Notes under the pieces: model-generated
Told to the model about the DNA's origin: nothing
Seen by the model: only the letters and a program-made list of their open reading frames with translations
The model's database searches: none
In this document: positions 46,901 through 57,100 of the stretch, piece by piece
Layout of the letters: every line of letters begins with the position of its first letter
How positions within the stretch are numbered: position 1 is the stretch's first letter
Translations under genes and position numbers: made by a program
Source of the DNA: Schizochytrium sp. TIO01
Lineage: Eukaryota > Protista > Bigyra: Labyrinthulomycetes
NCBI GenBank assembly: GCA_004764695.1
Contig: SMSO01000032.1
Location: 4,496,483-4,560,482 of the forward strand
Length of the DNA stretch: 64,000 nt
Reading direction: 5' to 3'

Positions 46901-49900
46901 ATATCACTTGCAAAATGCCAACCAAAAAACAAAACTTATCAACTCATTTACAAAAGATAAATAGGGGATGACCAAGGTATTATGATAGAAATCCATTATA
47001 TTCTTGATATACAACATAAAAGGAACAAATCTAAAATCGAAAAATTAATATTATCATGATTGGGATTAATCCCGTCGTAGTCACTCGTCATTCCGTTTGA
47101 TACTGAATGGCTGGATGCAAATACCTTCGAAGTAGGCTTGCGTAAAGATTACAGAGTAATTCGAAGAGCATCCCATCTAATTTCAAAAGCCAAGGCTTCA
47201 AAATAAATTTAGATTGAATTATAAAACCGGATGGTGCGTCCCACTCAAGTAGAGTCCAGTTTTCATTTTTTGAATCAATTAAAAAACCAATTAAAATTTA
47301 ATTAAAATATATAAATAAAAATTAGGGGAAACTTTTGTATTCATGTTATTTAACCTTAATTGTTCTTTATTTCTCTATAAGTTGCACGTCTATACTGAAG
47401 AAGAAACTATAGATTCCAGGCAATACAATGAATCTCTGAAAAGGTAAATAACTCTAAAGTGAAGCTGTCGAACCAGATAGGCGCCAGTATCTACTCACCA
47501 CCACCCTCGCACCTGCTCCAGGCCATGTTCTACAGGTGAAGAAAGAAGGAAATGTTTCATTTGAGAAAAAATTAACTAGCTCCTTAGCACTACTTTATAA
47601 AATTAATTTATTTAAAGACATATTTTACACACATATATGTAATATAGTAGGATCGAGTTTATTTCTATAGTATTTAGCTGAGAGGGACAGGTCGAACTGT
47701 CATATGAAGTGTGGGGGTGGGACGCAAGATGGCTGTGACAACCTCTCACCCAATAAAGATAACTAGTAGAGACCATCGCCTCTAGGATTTCTTTTGCCAA
47801 ATTAATGCAAGTAAATTAAATCTACAAAAATGTGTGCTTGTGTATGGTACTAAACGCCATTGTAATACTTTATGACTATGAACGTATGGTTCCGTTGATT
47901 GAAAGTCCCAACCTTCAGTCTCCTATTATGCTTGAACAACGTCCCCTTTTCCTTTCTTGCCTTTGCTTTTCTTTCACACGTATTTTAATAGAAGTTGATT
48001 GAACAGGAGTAGGTACCCTAGGTAGCCTGTGACTAGTGATGAAAAGCTGAAAAGTAAATTTTGTGCAATATATATCTTCTTCCCAGTATCAGACTGTATT
48101 TATATGCTCTTTACTCTTTAGGTATCTTAAAAATATTCTATTTACTATGAATACAATTTACTACCTAGATGTACCTCTGGCATTGTGTATGTTTTTTCGT
48201 TTCTTGTTCCAGAGAATCATATTTGATACCATATAATTGCTATTACTGTCATTATCATTGTTAATATTTCTATTATTAATATTTCTATTATTGCTTTTCA
48301 TTACTTTAAAGAAGAAACTGGTGGGAAGCCTGTGAGCACCTGTGAAACGACTACGCATATAGCGAGCAGGAATGATTTGTCTGTCATCAAATCCATGAAT
48401 GATTTCAATTAGGCATGTCAAAATATGCTTAGCGAATATGTGATTAAGATAATAGTCATGAATTTATTGGTATTTTCAACTTCTGTAGCACTGTGGCTTT
48501 CTCTTTTCCCTCGAGTAATAAAATATATTTCTGTTTTAATATATATTTAAAAAAAGAAACAAACAGTAAAAGAACCTGAATAAATAAAGTTTTGCTAAAA
48601 TATTCAGCTTATACTTAGTTGAGCTGTTCTATCACTGATTGAACATTTGAATATATTTGAAAACATACATATATACTAATTCGGTAAAGTGGTGTGGAAA
48701 GAATATGGTGTGCACTATAATATTTTAAAAGGCCCGAAGGTAAAAGTGTTCTTTGGGTGTTCTTATGCTGTTACTTTTCTAAACCTTGATGATAGATTTT
48801 CACTTTTTCGAATGATGAGAGGAATGTTCAATTGTCGGGGAGAAAGCACACAAGTAGGTGCCGATACAGAACTCTTATGTCAAATCAAATTGAAGTAAGA
48901 CGCCGCAAGATTGCGAATACGCACAGTCGATAGTATGATATAATTAAAATTAGATTTATCATAAGCAGTGGGCACACGTGTAATTTTACTAGCACGACGT
49001 CGAACAGTGACATTTTACTGGATCGAAAGATCGTTCTGCATTTTCATGTTGCACCTCTGGGTCAGAGAGATTCATCACAGTGCTTCTTCAATACTAAGTA
49101 GGAATAAGTATGTTGTGATGAAGTGCCATTTTGAAGGTGTCTCAATGACAGAGGCTAGCAGGATGCGCTAACTGGACCTTCAAAGGTGATTTGAGTGGTA
49201 AGTTTAGCATCTTCAATCGATGTAGCTCTGCCCAAAGCCCGTGTCCGTTCCGATGTCATCAATAGTCAGGTCCATGCAAAGAAAAGCGAAAGTAGGTAGG
49301 TAGTAGTTAGTAGCACCAAACTGATAGGTATCGCGCCATCAATTCTTGTTTATTTACAAAAAAAAAGAGTGTTCAAAGTTGGCCACCAGCCTTGGCTATT
49401 TGGAATCATGGAGCCTCTAGTGGATATCAGTAGGCTTATTATCCCAATGCAGTAGAACAATACTGAAAAATACAGTTTTGACTATTTCCTGATGCGAATG
49501 TTCCTCTCTAAACCTTGTTAACAAGCAGGAACCAAGAAGATTGCAAACAACTCCATAGCGCAAAACAACCTCATCTTATATCATATCCACGACTGCGATC
49601 ATCACGAATTTAAAGGTAATAAATAGTCCTTAAGACTACTTCGGCTAGTAACACTGAAGAATCTTCATCATCAGAGAGCGTCAAAAGCTAGGCAAACTTC
49701 CGAGATACAACTGAGAGATTACCCAGAGGGTTAAAAGACACCTAGGCTTGCTATGCTACTTATCTCGTGATTTTTGTATTGCTTTGCGCAATAGAAAGTA
49801 TATGCGAAACCAATCTTATCACTGCCTCCCATGCTTTTATATTTCTTTACCACATGGGACTCTCATCGTGTAAAGGTTTTGTCCTGTTGTACCTTGTATA

Positions 49901-51769
49901 TCAGCTAGGTGGTGGGCTTACTACCACTCCTACTAGCGAGCCAAAGTGTTTACGATTTGGATAATAGATTACCACATTCATAATTAGTTGTCTACACTTT
50001 GGAATCACCATAACAACCTAAGCCCAAAGAAATACCAGGATTAGGGCAAAGGCTAGCTCTTAATACTTTATAGCCCTCCAGGTAGTTCCCAATACCACAT
50101 TCTAAGAGTCTGTATTTCAACAATGGCATTTCCTGTCCCACTTTGCGGATCGCTTTGCGGATAGAGCTCAATCTGCTGCGCAGCCACTAGCATACTTTAA
50201 ATGGCTCCCGTCGTAGTGTCTACACACCTGTCCAAGAATGACGTGGGTTTACGTTTTAAAGGCTCAGAAACGATTGTACCTTTGTAAGCCCCTGCACTCT
50301 GGAGTCAAAAGAACTGCAAGCTGGACTTGGATTTGCAACTTTTAAAAGAAGAACTCTTTTTGAAAAATTAGCTCAGCCTTCGTCTATTCATTGCAACCAC
50401 GTTATACAAGCAAAATATCTTGCGCCTGTGCTTCTGTGGTTGAATGTGGCATCAAAGATCTTTTATCCTAATATTGTCAACTGAAAGGATTTCTTGAAGT
50501 TGGGTCCCAAGGTATACTAAGGAAAGGGCAGTTCTTCCAATTGGGTTTGACGTGCGCCAATCTTTTTTCAATGCTACAATCATCATATACACCTGGTGAT
50601 GATATTACTTCTCTATAAAGAATAAAGTATTTCCAAGGACTCGGAAAGGAATGAATTGGCGTTCTTTCGAATTATTAACAAAAATAACACTGATGTTCCG
50701 GGAAGTAGCTCAAGAACACTTTCATTATTCTATGTTTTTGTTTTTGCCTTTTAACAATATAAAGGATTAGTTTTTTTCTTTTTTTTTGGGGGGGGGGGAG
50801 TTAATCTTCTTTTACTCTTTTCTTTTATCTACTTCTTTTTAACTTGGCCTGCTCACCATTTTTAAATTTAAAAAAGAAAGCATACATTGTATTTTAAGTT
50901 TAGATCTTTTAATTTAAATTAAGAATTAGAATAAGAGTGGTAGTAATAACATCAACAGTACTACTAGTAGTGAAAATAATATAAAACAGTCAGATCGTAT
51001 TCTTTAAAATAGTAGAAGAAGAAGGAGAAGAAGGAGAAGGAAGAGTAAAAATTGAATATATATATTTTTTTAAAATATAATAAATTAATATAGTGTTTTT
51101 AGTTGGAATGACTTTCAAGCTATTATATTTAGTATATATACTATTTCAATCGCTGTGTTTTGTGTTGTAGTGTCTTTGTACTTTTTATTAAAAAAAAAAA
51201 TATATATATATATATTAATATAATGATTTTCTTCGCAATCCAAAGTCGACGACGATGCGCCGTTCTCGGACGTGTGAGGAACAATGCCTATTAATAGTAG
51301 GAAAAATAAAAAATAATTTAAGCAGAGGCAGAACGAGCAGTAGCAGCTAGCAGCAATACTGATACTTCGTCACCGCCATCACCGTCATCACCGTGGAAGA
51401 AGCCCGTGGTAACTTGCACAGACTGGAAATTGATGCTTATAAGTGAGATCGTACGAAGGCTTTGAGACCCTTGCATCTTTTCTTCCCCAAACCAAACAAT
51501 CATATTTTGCCACACAGATCATCTTCGTTGGTAAAAAGGCATTGCGCATCGTGCATCGGCGGACTCCCCTTCCTCCTTCCCCCTCTTCAGACCTCTTAGA
51601 GTATTTGCCAAGGTCTTTGTCTTTGGCAGCTGATCGTTACATATCGAATTCAAGAGTCCAAAAGTTTATTAGAGGTGACCCACTTGTCTTGACTGGTGAA
51701 AAGACACGTACGGAAATATACTATTCTCAAGGAGCGAGTTGAATTCATAAAATTAACCAGAAAGGAAAT

Positions 51770-53638
51770 ATGACAGCCGCTGTGCTTTCGGCTAGGCAGC
51801 AGAAGCAAGAACAAGGGTCGCATACCATTTCAAACAACTGGCAATCAGATGCAAACAACACTACTGAACCTGCCATCGAAAATAGTTCATCATCTGACCT
51901 GCCATCGACTAACTTTCCACAAGAAGCTCTGGATAAGAAGCGCCCAGCGTTGGAGAGTTTACAATGTCTCAGCGAATCTGAACAACAGGCTGTTAGGGTC
52001 CTTCAAGGCCTTCTCCCTACCACTGATACTGAGACTGTGCGATCGCAGTTTGTGCGCACCTTTGTAGAGCAAAATGGTCTTTCAAATCTTCTTGCAGAGT
52101 CGCAATCCCAATTATCATCAGCACCTTCTGTCTCATCAATGCCCATTACTCTCAATCCCTCTAATATTCTAGGAAATTTGGATGCTACCCGTCCTCATAA
52201 GATCCCTCGCATCGCATCCGCTGGGTTTGCGGCTGCATTAGCCGCAGCGGCGTCCTTTTCGTCTCAAGCAACCCCTGAGAGCAATGTGGTTGAAAATGAC
52301 AACAACAATGGCTTAACTGGTAGCAAAATGCAAGCTGCTTTGAAAAAGAATCGGGATGATGAATGCGGAGAAAACGAGGAACGGCTATCTAGAAGTTCTT
52401 CACAATCACCTGCGTCATCTCCCTCACCGAATGTGCGCAATCAACGTACCCAACGTGGTCACTCTACAGCATGGCGGCGAAAGAGCAAATGCCATTATTG
52501 TGAGCCGCTTGGGCAAAATTGTGGTCTTGTTGCTGGGAAATGTCCCAATCGACCTTGCAACCGCTGTAATCAAAGACATAGACTTGGCCGTTGCAGACGT
52601 AATCCCAACAAACAGACAAAGCGGCGTACACCACAACAGCAAAACAATGAACCTATGTCGGATGAATCAAAAGATTCCATCTCTCGTTCTGAATCTTCGA
52701 AATCTTTGCCTGGGCCAGTCCCTACTGATACACCTGTTCTTCGTAACTTTCAAAACGCCATGAATTTAGCCGGCAATTCGAGTATAGTAAAAGGGAAGAA
52801 GGTAAAAACTAAGGTAGAGGCACAACCTTCATCTCCAGTGCCTTCAATGATCACAGATAGACACTCTAGCGACAGCGATGTCGATATCTCCCGCCCACCT
52901 AGCCCGAATCAACAAGTATATACACTAGTACCACATCAGTTGCGCCCACCTGCGCTTGACACAACAGAGAACACCCTTGCTATAATGCAAGCGTTCCAAC
53001 CGACTATTGCCAGCATCCGCCAGAAGCTTGGCCTTCCGCAATCCTCTATTCAAACTTCTGATGTCTCAAATTCATCATTCTCTGTCATTACAAATGAACA
53101 GGAGAAGCGACCAGGTTTTTGCCTTCCGTTATCTCATGCTTTAGAGACGCCTCCTGGTGGTAATACAATCACAAATCAACAAGGTTCTCCTGGCCTTAAT
53201 GCAACTGCATCCAGTTCTCTACCACCACTTGGTCTTTGGGCAAGTCAAGTTATGTCACTACGGACACCAACTTCCCTTACTGTTCAACCTTCGAATGTAG
53301 CAGCCGCAGGCGGGATTTCGCCGAAAAGCTCCCGCAGTGCACGACGAGCCGTGCGAGGTAATTCATCTCCACAGAAACCTTCATCGAAGGCAACATCCTC
53401 TCCCTCATCACTTCCTTCTTCACCGAAGCCTAAACAAGCCAATCAACAACAACAGCGTCAATACACTATGATGCGAAAGCGCAGCGAATGCCATTTTTGC
53501 AAGCAAATTGGGCAAAATTGTGGACGCGTAGCTGGTAAATGTCCAAACCGTCCTTGTAGTGACTGCGGCGGACGCCATCGCCATGGCCGCTGCAGGCTTA
53601 AACGAATTGCTCGAGTTTTTGCTAACGACCAAGCCTGA
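51770..53638 (+). CDS. Low-complexity protein with two Cx2Cx6Cx6Cx4Cx2Cx3Hx4C modules; putative nucleic-acid-binding regulator, 622 aa
   Basis: Long single-exon ORF rich in S/P/Q/N. Two 35-aa Cys/His repeats (52490-52594 and 53489-53593) are flanked by basic residues. Confidence 0.85.
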   Translation: MTAAVLSARQQKQEQGSHTISNNWQSDANNTTEPAIENSSSSDLPSTNFPQEALDKKRPALESLQCLSESEQQAVRVLQGLLPTTDTETVRSQFVRTFVEQNGLSNLLAESQSQLSSAPSVSSMPITLNPSNILGNLDATRPHKIPRIASAGFAAALAAAASFSSQATPESNVVENDNNNGLTGSKMQAALKKNRDDECGENEERLSRSSSQSPASSPSPNVRNQRTQRGHSTAWRRKSKCHYCEPLGQNCGLVAGKCPNRPCNRCNQRHRLGRCRRNPNKQTKRRTPQQQNNEPMSDESKDSISRSESSKSLPGPVPTDTPVLRNFQNAMNLAGNSSIVKGKKVKTKVEAQPSSPVPSMITDRHSSDSDVDISRPPSPNQQVYTLVPHQLRPPALDTTENTLAIMQAFQPTIASIRQKLGLPQSSIQTSDVSNSSFSVITNEQEKRPGFCLPLSHALETPPGGNTITNQQGSPGLNATASSSLPPLGLWASQVMSLRTPTSLTVQPSNVAAAGGISPKSSRSARRAVRGNSSPQKPSSKATSSPSSLPSSPKPKQANQQQQRQYTMMRKRSECHFCKQIGQNCGRVAGKCPNRPCSDCGGRHRHGRCRLKRIARVFANDQA

Positions 53639-54145
53639 GTCATAAGCTTATTAACCTGCTATTCCTTCTGAAAATGAACCCTTACTCACTTTTGATAGTA
53701 CATGCCAACCCCAATATATTATTCTGTGTTTTCCATTTATTCTGTGCTTTCTTTACACTGCTGTATGTTCATCGCATCGCTCCAAGTGAATTCTTACTTT
53801 ATGAGCACATGGTCACTATAATGATGATCGTGATCATGAGCCCCTTTCCATTCATTCGTTTCAATGTATTATTTGGGGAGTTGGGAAAGCTAATTCACAG
53901 AATAAAAACATGAACAATGATTAACACAGTTTAGGTACCAAATTTGAAAGCGGCGCGAGACCCTACTCTTATTGGTAAAAGATTCTCCTATTAACCATTT
54001 ACTCTGGTAGTAAAAACCAAGTCATAAAATGAACATCACTCATATATATGTACGTAAAACCCTTAAAACAGATAAAACAGAAGCTAATAATGGATCACAG
54101 CATGAGGAACAAATAATAAACTAGGCATCTTTTCAAGCGTAAGCT

Positions 54146-57100
54146 TTACTCAAATTCAAATGTTTGTTTACACATGGGACACTCATTCTTATGGGAGGTT
54201 CTGAACCACTTCACGAGGCACCGAGAATGATACGAATTCTTACACACTGAGCACTTGAGGCGTGGAAATGATTGGTCATTTGCATGCACCACGGCGTAAC
54301 AAATTGGGCAAGGCTCCATACCCTCAAGCTCCTTATCCATGTTCAGCTTCCATAATAACAGAGCATCCAGCAATGTACCATTTTGGTTGGTTAACAAAGT
54401 GTTAATTTGCATGACCCAACGCCGCCAACGGTCACGAGAAATGCCTACTTGGCCAACACACTCGACCTGCACATTTTCCAGTGGATAGCAATTTGGAATT
54501 CGTACCTCCATTTCAACTGAACAGTCTTCCTTTTCATACAAAGCCGTCACTACTCGGGCACCCAAGCTTGCACGAACTGTAATTTTACCAAAATCCTCCA
54601 TATCGTCATGGTCATGTTCTCTATTCTTACTCGAGCTGACATGGTTGACCGCATCGAATGCATGTTCACGATTAGCTCGATCAATATCTGCAATTTCAAT
54701 ATTGACAATCCGTGGGGTGATAGATTTGGCCATAAGCATACGAATTCGTGAATACTCCGCGCGATTCACGCGAGTGCTGTCCATGAACCACTTCCTAGAA
54801 AGTGCTGGCAGCACACGCAGCGTTTGAGCGGCCACCTCCCTGTGAATGGAATCATCAAATTCGTCTTCCATTCCAAGTAAACTCCAGCGTAAAGCTACTC
54901 CCACAAGCTCGTGATCTTCCAGACTTTGCGTTAATGCATCACGCTCCTCAGCATCGGCTTCGCGATTCTCGTGAATCAATGATACAAGACTACACCAAGC
55001 TGCATCAGCGAAGGGGGCTTCATCACTAAATTCCCTTTGGTGAGACGAGCTTGTAGCAATAACACCCTCCAGAAGGATTACACGATGTTGCCACCAAGCC
55101 TTCGCCAGTTCATGATCCTTCCCAGCGCACGATTCTACAATACTTGCAAGAACACGAGCAGTTTCTTCTGATCGGTTGACAATGGCTCTGAGCATAGATT
55201 CTGCGTTTTCATTCTCCCGCAGGATGTGCGTTGGAACACTTTTAAAGAGATCCAAGACCTCCTTCGGAATAGGAGTGTCATAAGTATTGCGGCTAAGCAC
55301 CATCTCAGCACATTTTTCTAAGATCTTGTGCATACCTTCATCATCAGTATCCATACAAGCAGCCGTTAGGGCAGTTGCTTGTAATAATTCAATGTCTTTT
55401 CCTGCAAACAATGCACAGTTCACCAGAACCCGAGTCAGGTAATCATGTAAAGATCCTGGCAAAGCAGTAGATGGAACATTCTCCAGTACGCTGCGCATGA
55501 CATGGATAGAGGCCATCAATATCTTCCGAAAAGAAGATGAAGATGAGGACTTGGATGATGACAAAGATGCTTGACGGAAATACGCCGCCACGGCACGGGG
55601 TTGGGCAATGGCCTCTAGTGCAGCAGCCACACAAAGCAGGCGGCGAAGCTCTTCGGGACCTAGCCTAGCCCCTCGACCAGAGCCAGTCAGAACACCAAAC
55701 TGCTCCAGGTTGTGGCACAAGCTTGCCTTTGAGGATGGGCTCGAAAGCTGCGAGAACTGCGAACTTGGTTGCTCTGTAGCACTTGCAACAAGCTCATGCG
55801 CATACCCCCCCTTCTCGGAACCAGAAACCGCAGTAGCCGACTGCCGGCGCTGCGCCTGAGCTTCTGCCATTTGTTCTAAAGCACGCTGCCTCCGTGCCTT
55901 GGCTGCTGCGAGCGCTTCCTTACGTTGCTGATCAGAATCAACTGGTTTAGGGGTGAGGCTCGGAAGCAATTTCATCAAACGAAGGGATTCTTTGTGATCA
56001 CCTGCCTTGCGGGCTTGTGCAAGCATTTCATTCAGCTCCGAAAGTGTTTCAGGTACTCGATGTTTCGGCTGGAGGTACTTTTCAGTAGTTTGAACCTCGC
56101 GACTGTCCATCGCAATTGTATAGTAAGGTTCGCTTGGGTCATCCAAATGCACCTTACTCACAACGCCAGGAGTAGCTGGATCAGTCTTCGTGTACAGAAT
56201 CTCTTCACCTTCATTGAATGAAGGCAATTTAACTCCCGAAGTGTTGACTGCAGTAGCGTTCTTTGTGGAAGGCTCCGTCTCACGTGCTTCACTCACATCC
56301 TCTGCAGATGGAAAAGTGGACTGCATTTTAGACAAATTCAGGTTTTCTTCCTCCACGCTGGCTTCGTGACCCTTCATGACAGAAATGAACGCATCTGCTG
56401 TGGCCATTGCTTCATCTCGGACCGAATCTGGAACTTGGTTCATCAACTGTTCAGCACAAGATGCCACTAGATCATCAAACTTCACACCTAAATCTTGCAG
56501 AATTGTAGACATCGTCTTCACCAAGGTTTCCAGTGCTGGAAGAGCGAGTTTGAGATGTTGAATATCTGGCACAAGCCTTGTTTTAACCACCTGAAGGACA
56601 ACATTATCCCGAGAAAGAGAAGCAACACCCGCGGCATATTGGAATAGCTCAATCGCTGCAATAGTGTTCATTTGATTTTGCAGATTTGTTGAATTGTCCA
56701 CGGCCGCTTCTACAAATGCATCAAACTGAGCGTGGACAATATATGGAACAAGAACTGCACTGCGCCAGTCTCTGTGTTCGTCAGAACTAAGTAGCAATTT
56801 CCACAAGAGTAACGCAGGCTCAGCAAAGCCTAGACACTCACCTTCAGGAACTTCTTCACTCACATGCATTGCAACATGGACTAGGCGTCGCGATTGGGAA
56901 GTTGTCTTTAGTGCCGTAAACACTGCTTCTGATCGGCCATTTCCTCGGGCAAGGTGAGCCCATGCAAGCTTCGCACGTTCGCTCCAAAGTTTGCTACTGG
57001 AATCAACTTTATCATTTTCAAAAGATGACACAAGCCACGTTTGAAGCCAAGATTCAACCACTGCCGGCGTATTGAGAGCAGTTGGCGCCCGAGGCTGTAA

